DNA of 64,000 nucleotides, from positions 62,001 to 126,000 of the forward strand of contig CDROCS010006029.1 in NCBI GenBank assembly GCA_977020255.1, in the 5' to 3' direction. The stretch comes from Obrimoposthia wandeli. Lineage: Eukaryota. The notes under the pieces are model-generated. The model saw only the letters and a list, made by a program, of their open reading frames with translations. It ran no database searches and was not told the DNA's origin. Numbering within the stretch: position 1 is the first letter of the stretch; every line of letters begins with the position of its first letter. Below are positions 23,460 to 35,900 of the stretch, in pieces. Position numbers and translations under genes: made by a program.

Positions 23460-25310
23460 ATTTGAAGAAAAGGATAAGGATTTAAAATTCAGAGATTGGG
23501 CAAAATGCATACCCGTGGAATTCAGGGTGTATGCTGATTTTGAGTCAATTCTAGCATTGCACGATCAGTATGAGAGTATTCACCCACCGGCTTCGGCAGG
23601 ACTACTATTCTTAGGCCCCAATATTACACAGTATCATAAAGTGTCCGGCCCAAATTGTATTTTAGATTTTATGTTAAAATTAGAAGAATTAGGAACTACA
23701 ATTGTCAAACCATGGTATGATCGTAATGCTCATCAAGCAATGATACACCTATAACTGAATTTGAGGGGATAAGTCTTCAAGACTATAATGAGGTTCATAC
23801 ATTTTGGGAGAATAATTGTCGAAATCTTCTAGATTATATGCTTTTTTATATGAAGTTAGACATTTATCCTTTAGCTGATGTGTTTGAGTCCTTTCATGTA
23901 AAATCTTTAGCAGAAGATGGGCTAGATCCCATGCATTTCTTTAGTTTAACTGGTCTTTCATGGGCAACGACAATAAAAACTCTTAATATTAATATCGAGT
24001 TACTGCAAAATCCCACAATGTATCAAATGTATGATTATGGTATACGCAGTGGAATGACTTTTGTCAACAAACATCATGTTGTCAAAAATCAATCCACGGA
24101 GATTCTGTACATCGTCATTAATAATTTGTATGGGTGGGCGCTTACTCAACCTCTACCTCATGCCAACTTTAAGTGGCTTTATGATGAGGAAGAGTTGAAT
24201 AAGTTGATGACAGCTTTGGCTACTGTTGATACAGTTTCATCAAACGTCGGCTATTTGGTTGAGGTTGACTTAAAAAGCACTCCCAATGTGCATGATAAAT
24301 TAGATGATCTTCCAATAGCACCTGTTCATCAATGTCTACCTAAATCAAAGGTTAAGAAATTATTGTTAATACATGATGACAAGTTGAATTATGTGGTGCA
24401 TTGGCGGCTTCTTCAATTCTACTTAAAGTTGGGAGCGAAAGTCACTTGAATTCATCGTGCTATAAGCTTTAGTCAAAACTTTGTGTTTAAAGACTATATT
24501 GAGAATAATTCTAAAAAACGTAATTTGGCCACTAGCAAATTCGATCAGGATTTTTACAAGTTAAAAAGTAATAGTCTCTTTGGAAAAACGGTAGAGGACT
24601 TGCGGAAACGTATTTGTCTACGGTTTTGCAATGATGAGCGTAAACAAATAACATATACTAGCAAGTACAACTTCAAGCGTAGTTTTACAATTGCAGATGA
24701 CTTGGTAGCAGTGTTATTAGGAAAACAGAGTATTTGTCTCGATCGACCGAGTTATATAGGTCAAACGGTTTTAGACATTTTCTAAACTCAGAATGTACGA
24801 GCTTTAATACATAGAATTAGAGAAATATCGACAAGAATTCAATTGTGAGTTCAAATTCACAGCTGGGGCCACTGACTCTTTCTTTTTAGAATGTAGGAAT
24901 GTAAGTTTAGATAATCAATTATTACCGGCCATGTTTTAAGGATAACTTACTTGACACCCATAAATATCTCGTTAACCATCCTCTAAACTCTATGAGTTTA
25001 AAGGATAGTATCGGGAAATTTAAGGAGTAAAGCGAGGGACAGGTTTCGTATGATGATTGTATCTCCTACTCCCTAAATGCTACAGTTTACATGCATATAA
25101 TAATACATATTCAATGTGAGCATAGGGTGTGGGAAGAAACAATCTTACACATGAGGCCTACCCGAATATGATACTGGGTGTATTGAAAGCGTTGAGCAAA
25201 CTAGATTTATTTCAAGAGCCCATCAACTGTATTCCCATAAATCAACAAAATCGCTTTGAGTAGTAATGACGACAAGCGCTTTCGGGTAGAAAAGAACGCT
25301 AGCCTGGACA
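23460..25310 (+). pseudogene. Protein-primed family B DNA polymerase (pPolB), disrupted
   Basis: Motifs VYADFESIL, KLDIYPLADVFE, INNLYGWALTQPLP, KSNSLFGKTVE.LRKR, RPSYIG, GATDSF (from GDTDS), IGKFKE, LLPKCYS and LSSNDDKRF. Stops, frameshifts and an internal deletion near 23750. Confidence 0.92.
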
Positions 25311-25570
25311 CTTCCGAATTTAAACGGTTTTCATTTTTTGATTTTTTTTTTGTTTAGTTTTTTAAAATTTTAGATCCCTATGGCACCTTGACTCTAACTT
25401 TTTGTTATTTCAATACTTTTTAAGTTGGGCTTTATCTTTGCTGACAGATCTTGTTGTGATATTGTTTTTAATAAATGTATTAAAAAAAATTGTCTTATGT
25501 CTTTTATTATTTTATCTTTTTATTTAAATTTTGTAGGGTTTTAAAAAAAATCAAAATAAAACATTTATTA

Positions 25571-25915
25571 TTATAACACATTAATTGTTTTGCAACGATA
25601 ACCATAAAATACATAAATGTCCACAGTTTCTCGTCGCAGGATCCTGATATTGTATCTTGTTGTAAAATACTCTTCTTCGTCCTTTTTGAATAATCGAAAC
25701 AAGTTTGTGTGGATAATACATTGCAAGTAGATCAAATAATGTATTGTCCACTCTCTAATATAAATAGCTATCCAATGTTCTCCTGGTAAATTCGAAGTAT
25801 GAGTATTGATAATGTAACCTCCAGATTGAAAAAATGGAATCATATCAATAGGATAAACTCCATTGAATTTATCACCAATGACCTTCTCTGCTGATTCTTG
25901 TACTTGTACTGAACT
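25571..25915 (-). pseudogene. Adenain-like (adenovirus-type) cysteine maturation protease
   Basis: FNGVYPIDMIP..IINTHTSNLPGEHWIAIY and, after a frameshift, IQYQDPATRNCGHLC. Confidence 0.85.
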
Positions 25916-25961
25916 AAATAAAAATTAATAAATATAAATTTAAAATACTTCTTTCTTCATT

Positions 25962-27112
25962 TTATAATATGACAGTTCTGTTTTTATTGATTTGTATTTC
26001 CGAATCAAATACTCCGTAAATAAGCACCGTAGTAGAATGTGTTAAAGCTGCATTGAACTTAATTTCTAGTCGTAAATTTCTTTCCTTTGGTAGTTGGCAT
26101 TGGTTTATATCAAAGTCTTGTGCCAAAACAAATGTGAAGACCGGACAGCTACATTAAAACTCAGTGAAAAAAATACCAGTGTTTATATTTTTATCTAGTT
26201 GACCCAAATATCGAATAATAGATTGAGTATAAGCCAAAACATAAGCGTTACCTTCGAAATCTGTTTTATATGTTTCGCGATAATCAGTATTTCTTGAAAG
26301 TGTCACTGAACCTACATGAAGATTGTCAAATTGAGTTGCACCTGTCGTATAATTTCCTAGATACTTTGCAGTTTTTTGAAAAGAAATTAAAACGAATTTC
26401 GGTAATCTTACATGACCAAAATTTTTATCCTTATTAAAAGCTTGTGTACCCGTACCTAAAGAATAAGATATAAGTTTAGTTTCTCTAATAGGATAACAAG
26501 CATTGTTTTTTTCCATTCCTATATTATGTGCCATTAAAACTGATTGCTCGGTTTTAACTCTTCGAACTTATAATTTTGCATCCAAAATATCAAGACTAGG
26601 TTTTAGAACGTCTGTGCTAATCAAAGAAAAATCCCCTTAATTACGTTTCAAACGAAGATGTACATTAACACCGGGAATTAAATATTTCGGTTGTTCAAAG
26701 AAATTCAATCTCATAGACCCACACATTTCGTAAGCCTTACATTTTGCAATCCATTCTTTGCGAGTTGCATCCGTTTTATCATATCCAATGGTTGCAAATT
26801 AGTATTTTGAGTATCATTACTATAATTCAATAGACTTTCAATCAAAGCCTTATGAGCATAGGAAGAATTTCCACCTTCAATTTTGACATTATTAAGAGTA
26901 ACAATGGCATCACTAAATAAAGAATTAAAGAGATAATTTACAGGTGTTACATCTGCATTTTCATCTAAATTAGTACCATTAAATTCTAAATCGGTTAAAG
27001 TGGTTCCTGAAACTGAGTTAACTAGGAATATTTCTTCAAAGGAAGCATTATCTACAACTACTTGTGGAAGGGGTTTATCAAAAATACACAATTCGGTTTT
27101 GGCGCAACTCAT
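25962..27112 (-). pseudogene. Polinton major capsid protein (double jelly-roll), frameshifted
   Basis: N-terminal MSCAKTELCIFDKP; internal YAHKALIESLLNYS and ETKLISYSL..LPKFVLISF; C-terminal FTFVL..NLRLEIKFNAAL..IYGVFDSEIQI. Confidence 0.85.
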
Positions 27113-27199
27113 TTTGCAAATATTGTTCCTTCAACTGTCTTACGTTTGTTTATATTGATTTTTTGCTTCTTTTTACATTTAAATCCACTACTTTTTTTA

Positions 27200-27490
27200 T
27201 TGGCTTTTATTTGATTTACGTTTTCTAATCAAATTAGCAACTTCAGGTAAAACATTATCAAGTTCATCAAGTGCATGCTTCTTAAAAGTTGGTATTAGTT
27301 TATTGTCATTAGATGAAAGGTAGTTCTTTCCTAATTTTCATACAAATCGCCCGAGTCTCTTTAAAAGAGGAAAGGCAAATCTACCTAATGTTCTAAGCCA
27401 GCCAGATCCATATTGTTTACCAACAAAATATGGTAATTCTCCACCTTGTTGGCTTTGACTATAAACTTCAATTATTGCCGGATTCGCCAT
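27200..27490 (-). pseudogene. Small Polinton virion/core-like protein (QxGG..YFVG..GSGWLRTLGRFAFPLLKR motif)
   Basis: Glycine-rich then amphipathic motif typical of the small gene next to MCP in Polintons; one internal stop. Confidence 0.6.
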
Positions 27491-27494
27491 TTTT

Positions 27495-28365
27495 TTATTG
27501 TATTGTTAAACTTGTCTTGGTTCCGTACGTGAAATCTATTAGTTGTCCGGAATCATCTCTAATATTTACTTCAATATTGTTTATAGAAAAGAGAGCAACT
27601 GGAAGATACATTGGTTGATCTATACACATACCGATAACGTCCCCATCTTTAGTTTGATTTTTAGATATCCATATTGTTCTCAGCGAGTTTATCATCAAAT
27701 GAAACCCGTTTTATATTGCTCTTTATTGTAAACGTAAATTTTCTATTTTTTAATGTCACACATTTATTCAAATATTCACTACATTTCTTCTGTATTAATT
27801 TACATAAATTCACTTCACTATATATTTTATAATCTTTTGAAAACATTTTCAGTTCCACTACATCCTTTGGTCTCGTTTCAAGTAACAACACTTTTGCTAC
27901 TCTACCAAGAACATTTCTAACCGATTAAGATGAGACAATATCCAATCTCTTCATACCTACTACATGTTCACTACCAAAACCGAATTGAAGAGCTTATATT
28001 AAAGATTAAAATGTCAATTGAATAAGTTGAATATATTTTAATTGATTTTTAAATCTGAATTTGTTATTTTCATATATTACTTTCACTTCTTTATCTAGAC
28101 AATTGTAATAGAATTTTCCTTTACTATCAAACCCGATCACAACTTCAGTTGTTTTTTCATGATAAAATTCTTTTGTAAACGAAATATGTGAGTTTTTTCT
28201 GATAGTAATTGGAGAATAATAAAAAGAAAATTCTGTTAAAGCCGCTTCCCCTTCTCCTTGGAGATTTATAGGATTTTCCCAATCGATAATAAAGCTACTA
28301 GCGTCATTATTTGGTTGAGTCTTCGGGCATATGTTACTAGGTAAAACCATATACATAGACTTCAT
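27495..28365 (-). pseudogene. Polinton minor capsid (penton) protein, frameshifted
   Basis: MYMVLPSN..PNNDASSF..PINLQGE.EAALTEF at the N-terminus and YLPV..INNIEVNIRDDSGQLIDF at the C-terminus. Confidence 0.85.
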
Positions 28366-28448
28366 ATTATATTAGATGCTGATATCCAAGTTGGGTTTGA
28401 ATAACCATGCCATTTAACAAAGTATTGTTTATGTTTTGAAATAATTGT

Positions 28449-28778
28449 TTATGAACGTGTTGCAGCTATAATACTACTGATAATTGAAGCAACAACTGGA
28501 ATAACAGCCCCTATGAAACCACCATTCTGTTTAAGAATAATATTTCATTTCCTTTTTTTACTTTTTACATTAGCAATATATAGAAGAGTTTTTCTATATT
28601 TCTTTAATACATTTTTCCGTTTTCCAACTTTTACTCGACCCAAAACTATATTATACAAAACTTCCAATAAATAATCTACAACAAAAGATGGAAATGCTTT
28701 AAGAATAATCATTCTCTTATGAGAAGAGGCTTTGACCAAAGCTTTAAAATAGGGTATGATTATTTGTATTTTCTTCAT
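28449..28778 (-). pseudogene. Small basic Polinton protein ending in QNGGFIGAVIPVVASII
   Basis: LLEVLYNIVLG..LKKYRKTL.. followed by a frameshifted QxGGF hydrophobic tail, as in the conserved small Polinton gene near the penton. Confidence 0.6.
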
Positions 28779-29949
28779 TTAAAAAAAAGTTTAATTTGAA
28801 TATTGTTTATATTCGAAGCCATTTAAGTTTTCTTTTCTAACTACAGATTTGATTAATTATTCACTTCTTTTTTCTTAAGGATTTTTTTTGAATTCTTTGA
28901 TTTCACTTTACGTTTACGTTTCACTATCAACTTCTTAAAAGGCATTGCAAATTTATTTTTTATAATTGTTCTCTATTTGTTTATAAACAGTTACTCCCTA
29001 AAAAACAATTTTCATTAAGAAATAAAATTCTGATAGAACTGAAATTTGGCAAGCAAGTTGTGATCGATGTCTGGCCACCATTTCCAAAGTTTCATCCACT
29101 AATATTATAAACTTCCGGATACATTCTCCCGCAAAGCCGGTTTGACCAGCATTTATACATTTCTGAAACTACATATTATTAATAATAAACCATCAAATTA
29201 TCTATGTATTCACGGAGTCTTTTGAAGTGATTTTCAAAAAGGTAAAAAATGATTTTAACGCTTTGGCCATTACCCACAAAGAATACTTCGTTCATTGTTA
29301 ATATTTTATTTAAATAACATTTTCAAAATATCTTGTTCTCGGTAAGATTTAAGAATCGTTTTATTTATATTTTACTTTTTTAGCTATTTAGGATTATTAT
29401 TTCTTCAGCAAATTATAGCTTCATTATACATACATATTGAAAGTTGTTTTTGTTAATAGTAAACATAACAACATTTTTAAACTCATTTTAAACAATCTAT
29501 TTACGCAACAATTTATCAAACATGGATCGGAATTTGTTTAATCAATTTAGAGAACAGTTCAACAAATATTTACAAAAAATATATATAAATCTCGACCATA
29601 ATGAATCCAGATGTCTGCGAATAAAGATGAGTTCAATTTCTTAGAGGAATCATTTTATATCAAGATTCATAATATCAATAGTCTGTTTATTTTTCGATTT
29701 GAAAAATTAAAATTTAAAGTAATTATCAGGATTTGTTTATGAATTATAAGATTTAACAGACTCTTGTTAATATGTTCTTCTGTGAAAATGAAAATATGTT
29801 TAAAAAATATGGTATTTTAAAATTTCGATTTTTACGATAATTGGAAATAAAACTTTGATTGATTTACGTTTAAACAAACTAAAACATTTATTATACTAAA
29901 CTTATTTACATTTACACAAATTTTAAATTTATATAAATTATTATTTATA

Positions 29950-32100
29950 TTAATACTTTTATATTTGCAAATATTGCATGTAAACTTGATGTTGTCCAGG
30001 TCAACTTCATCATTGACTCCACAGCAGTCCTGGTGGAGCCATACATTACAGTTGTCACGGGCAATTTGTTAATATGCGATTTTTTTTAATATAATTTTTT
30101 AAAATTTAAATTAACATACCCATTTGTCGACATTAGTGCTGGTTCTGGAACTCTGTCGCTTTGCCCATATGGTGCAAAATCCTCTATGAGGACTGTTCGG
30201 ATTTTCTGTTTTGAAATGAAATTTGAAAAAATTGAAAAAACATTTCAATAATGTACATAAATATATGTCAATCTTAAACTTACCAGAAGCCGCAACTAAT
30301 ACGTCGGCTATTTGATTCCTAAGTAAGGTCATGGACTTCTCATTTGTCGAAAAAATCAAATGTTCTCCTATCATCAAACGCCGTAATAACTGAATGTAAA
30401 AAACGTTATATGAAACATATTTATTTGATTACTTTACAAATTATTATCCCACAACTGACGGAATCTGTATACTCTGCAGCAATCTGCAGCATACTTTACA
30501 CCAGTAAAAGTCCTGCGATATAATATGTCATTCATGTTCTTCATTGGGAATATAATCAAGTATACCTCAAATTTGACAGATAAGTTTGACATCTGTAATT
30601 CTTTTCACCCAATGGATCCACAAAAATCACTTTCGTTGCTTCATTGTCAATTAGTAGCCCTGTCCAGTGTCCCCCTTCGTTGACAGCAGCCAAAATCTTT
30701 CGTGCATTGTTGATTTGCGGAAGAGTCTAAAATTTTTTAAAAGTCAATAAATTTCCTAAATTATTTTAAAAATGGAGCAAATTCCTTTAAAATATAAATT
30801 AAATATACAACCTTCAGTCGATCTTCAGAATTTCGCATATCTGCACTCACGAGAATCTGTGTAGCCGTAACAGAATACAATATATGATCATTGGAACCCA
30901 AAATTGTGCTAAGATATGCTTCTATAGCCTGAATATGAAAATCGAAGTAAGTGAATTCGTAAAATAAGTTCATTAAAATTTGAAAAAAAAACACTTACAT
31001 ATACGTAAATTCATCCAGTACCAATCAATTGTGCATAGCTTGAATATGGTACCGCGTAGCCATTTACTAAATAACGGATATAAATATCTCGTGCACTCAA
31101 ATCAAGGCCCTCATTTTGTATCAATGTAACACCTGAAATACAAGGAACAAATGTAATGATCTTATTTTTATACATTTACTGTTACTTGCATAAATTATAC
31201 TCAAACATTTAACATATACGAATCTTTGTTTTCAGTATGCAAAGAAGATTGAATTTCATATTTCATATTGTTTCTGTAAACGTTTTCTTTGATTGAATCT
31301 GCCATAAAAAATACAAAATTAATTCAATAAGTTGTTTATTATATACGAAAGGCTTTACTAAAATTCAAATATTGTAATAACAAATAAGCGCAACATTTAC
31401 TGAAACTGTTATACATCATAATAAAAATACTGCTGACGTTTGACTTGGAATGAATTTGTGATAGACTCGAAAGCTGGCTGCATGTAGTTTGATCATCTTC
31501 GTTTATTCTATTTTTGTCGCAAAGGCTTGAGAATTTTTGATTTCCTTCTTACTTTTAAATTTTGGGAAAAGATGACATAGTGAAAGTACATATCGGAATT
31601 GTTGCTTCTCCAAAAAACAAGCTCCATTAATGATGCACAAAGCTCATATGCCTCATCTTGACTTCTTAATATTCAAAGAACATTAGCTTACACCTGCTGT
31701 CTCTGCTTGAATTGTTATCAAGACTGATTAATAGTCCTTTGGTCGTCACAATTCAGTTTCGTACACGCGGCTGACATTCCCTGCCATTCGAAGTGCTAAG
31801 CATAACAAAGCTACATCATTTGATCATCTAGCTGATCATAAAAATATTCATCTGAAGAGACTACGCGCACTGACTATGGATTGCCTAAACCAGTTCGTTT
31901 CATTATTTGTGATGCAGGGGATGATAAAACTATACTCTAAAACTATGCACTTTGTTATGGAACAATTTCATTGAGACCATCTTGGTGTATTGTTTGTTAT
32001 AACACTTGATCCAGGTCAAAGCACTTTTGATAGGGTTTGACACTTTGGCAAATGAATTAGCTGGATTCGTTCTTTCTCATGACAAGTTCGATACATATTT
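29950..32100 (-). pseudogene. Spliced Ulp1-like (C48) protease + PHD finger, probably the 3' part of a Mutator-superfamily (Rehavkus/NOF-like) transposon
   Basis: Short GT-AG introns. Exons give AIEAYLSTIL, VNEGGHWTGLLID..FVDPLG, TDSVSCGIIICK, then FCTI..DKW/..DNCNVWLHQDCCGV..FTCNIC (PHD). Degraded upstream coding sequence at 31200-32100. Confidence 0.7.
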
Positions 32101-32939
32101 AAACAGTTAATTTAAACTGTTAATTTAAACAGAATACTGAAGCCTGTAAAATTCTTTACAAAATATAGATCAATGTCATTATTGAGAAATATCCAGTACA
32201 CATAACTTACGAAGAGATTATTTCTGATTTGGAATATACAACTTTTGAGTGGAGAAACTGTCACATACAAGAAAGTCTAAAATACAAATGATTTAATGGA
32301 ACCTTCTGCATTGTTGAGGCACTAAGCAAAGTTCATATTTTAATTGTGTTGTAAAACTGTTTGACATAAATTCGTTGTTTTCTTAAAGATTCAACTATCA
32401 AGACTTTTAATTGTCATTTAAGGAGACAATATTTTGCTTTTGTTTTTAATTTTGATACATTTGATATAGACAAATAATTTTGATTCGAGTAATTGCACGA
32501 CAGAAAGAAGACATAAATGACTGAGTAGTATGAATAGTTAGAAAAAAAGTTAACCAAAGAAAGATATTATAAAGCATTACACGGGTGGGTTAAAAAAATT
32601 ACTAAAGCAAGCTTAAAAAAATAATTTTATTCAACAGAAATAACAGTTTTGAGTGAACCTCATCTTTCTGAGACTTTTATATAATTTCTATCAATTTGAG
32701 TGCAATCAGTAAAAAATCGAAGAAAAAAACAACTCATTCTTTTATTTAGTATTTTAGGTATTATTTTATTTAGTTTAAGACAATTTGATATTTGTGATAA
32801 TGTAAATTGTTAAAGATATACTAATATAAAACAGTAATATAATTTTTTTATTTTTCAAATACGTTCATGGACTTCAAATCACAACAGTACACACAAAGAA
32901 AGGATAAATCAATATATTAGGAGTTTGGAACAAGTTCTA

Positions 32940-35900
32940 TTACTTCTTCTTCTTCTTGCCCTTTGCCGAAGCCGATGCCGACTTCTTGCCACTTTTCTTC
33001 TTGCTAGCTGGTCGATTGAAAGACTCCACGAGGTGTTTAGCGAAGTCTGAGTAGGAGACTTTACCGTCTGTGCTGACTTTGGCATCTCGCATGAACTCCT
33101 TGACTTCAGTATCTTCTAACGGCTCTCCAAGATTAGCGAGAGCAGACCGAAGCTCAGACTCGTCAATGAGTCCACTGTCCTTGGGATCGAACTGCTGTAC
33201 GGTTAATAGTGAATGTCACAAGAGGTTCATTCACAAACTTTAAATATATACGATGTGTGGCTTTTTTCATTGAAGTTGCGCCATTTAATACGAATGCCTA
33301 ATGGGTCATTTTTGAAGAACCCATTTTGCCAGTTTTACAATGTGAATTCGATGAAGAAAACAGTTGTACAGAGGTTACTTTTGTTCTTAAAGTTGTCTAA
33401 TGATGTTTGTGAAACTTTCAATAAAATCTGGAAGATCTACTTTACCAACATGACTTTCAAAATGTTTCCTGTACTCAGTTGTTAGTTTAGATATATTAAA
33501 GCTCCCAATCACTGTCCAGTGATCATCAATCCAGTGTCCTAAACCACCAACGCATCTCTTATGGTACCGTTCGTCTAAGAACAGTATTTAAACAATCAAT
33601 TTAGGAAGCTCTTAGGTTCTAACTGCATACATAATTTGAGATATTTAATAAAAGCCGATGTCAGTTTTAAAGAAATTGCAAAAGAAATTCAGAATAACAT
33701 TAGAAAAAATGTTTATATAGAACCAATTAAATCTTAAGTGTTATTTGTAGAATGGAATGATTTGGTGAATTCCAGGTGAAACGTCATCTATTTAATGATT
33801 ATATACTTAATTTAGTCGCAAACAAGATACAATGGAGCGAAATCGATATTAGAGAAGGAATGAGTTTCCATTGACGATGAAAGTATTTCAAAACTCAATT
33901 TCTCATTAATTTCTAAAATCTAAAAAATATATTTAAGAACTGAATCTGGCAAAGACTGTAGTTCTAATATTGCAACTCAAAGATTAAAGTGAGCTCTGAT
34001 TCAATGGACTATAAAAGAATGGATTTTTTTTTCTTGTTTTCCTAATTGAAACGCGTTTTACATTTTGATTTCTTTTTCAATTTCTTTCCTCTTATCACTA
34101 ACTTGATCCGTTTATTTTCATCAAAGTGAACGTAATAATGATAATAAAACTGTCGCTATATTATTTGGAAAAAAATCATACATGTTGGTAAATATATTTT
34201 TAATCTTCAAAGTAAAATTCAGAATATTGGTTGCGTCCTCAATGAAAACTCTACAATGAATTGTCAAATTAATAAAGTGATAAGAACAAGCAACAGTAAT
34301 ATCAAGAAGACATATTGAATGATAAATTAATTTACTACTGAGATAACTACAATGCTAACACATGGAATTTTTACGTCAAGGCTTGATTTTCAGAATTCTT
34401 TACTGTTCCAGTTTATCAATTAAATCGTTTGCAAATCTTTGAAACACAGCTGTTAGATTTGTTTTCAAATAAGGAGACGTGTAGGTACAAGTAAAGATTT
34501 AATAAAGTGTCATTGGCTACTGATCAATTATCTAAAAGTGCATTCGCTCACAAAACCCTAAATATTTATACGATCTTCTTTAGCCTAGGACAACGGGCAT
34601 GTGTGTGTATCTTAGGACCAACGACGATGGTAAGTAATACTCAAATAACAAACAAAGGGATGGACTATTTGAAATTTATTCTCCAAATCTTTACAACAAT
34701 CTACGATATGAGAAGAAATACGATAATGACGTACTCAAAATTTGCACAGTATTTTGCTTTCTCAGAATTTGCCCCAGAAATGTGACATGAAACTTTACAA
34801 ATTTATAAAAGTTTAATTCAATTGAAATATTTGAGAATAACATGTAATCTTTGAAGTTGTTTTGCATTTCCAATATTGAAATATAATAATGATTACTAGA
34901 GACAAATATACATTTATTGTTGTTTTTATTTAAAAATATTAGATATTTAAAATATTCCTACTAAATATAAACTTAGAATAGTTTAATTTACTTTTTTACA
35001 CAAATTAACACTTGGCATTAATCAAAGATAACGGAGCAAATTCCACAAACCTGAAAAGCTTCATCAATCATGGCATAAAGCTGTTCTCGTGACTTTGTGA
35101 ATTGTTTCATCAAAACTTGAAAATCGTCATGGTTAATACGCGGTTCATCTATAAATGTTAATTTAAATAAAATATGATTCACATTTCATCACCAAAATCG
35201 TAATGATCATGCATAATTCAAAGACGCATTCAAAAATTGTTTTACATAATATCTGACACTGACACTTGTTTGTACATAACGTTTTAGGCTTGAACTAGAC
35301 GTCACAAAAACTCTTCATAATATTTTTTAAATAGGAAAGATTTTAATATTTAAAGTTTTAAAAGTATTTATATTCTTACAATTTATTATGTTAAAAGGCA
35401 GTTTGTCACAAATCTTTGCACAGTACATCTCAAATATGAAATTTACCTGTTTTAGTCGAACAATATTTGTTGTTAAATTTCATTGCCTGAGTCAGATAAT
35501 TTGAAATTTCCTTCTATATTAGTAAATTCTTTAAAAAACTTTGTTTTCCAATATCTATGCTTTTCCAAAAATGCTTGTAACTATTAAATTAAATATTTGA
35601 CAAAATTTAGCTACTGACAATTATAATTCCTATTCTTCCTCAGCATATTTAAGTAAGGCTTTCAGGAGGGATAGCTCAGTGATAGAATGTTCGACTTGCA
35701 AGTAGTGATACCCATGATTCAATTATTGGTAGGGGTAACTAGTTTTCTCCCTTGCATAACATAAAAACAACGATAAATACCCATTAACAAAATAGCACAT
35801 TTATAGATTAAATGTTTTAAAAATATTTCACTTCGTCAGGATTTTGAGGTATTGACATGGATAGAAAACACATTTTATCAACAAAATAACAACTTAAGGG

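Larger units (their letters stand above)
23460..29350. mobile_element. Truncated, degenerate Polinton/Maverick (endogenous polintovirus) core
   Basis: pPolB on plus, convergent with a protease-MCP-small protein-minor capsid block on minus, the typical Polinton order. No TIR, integrase or ATPase seen here. Confidence 0.9.
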
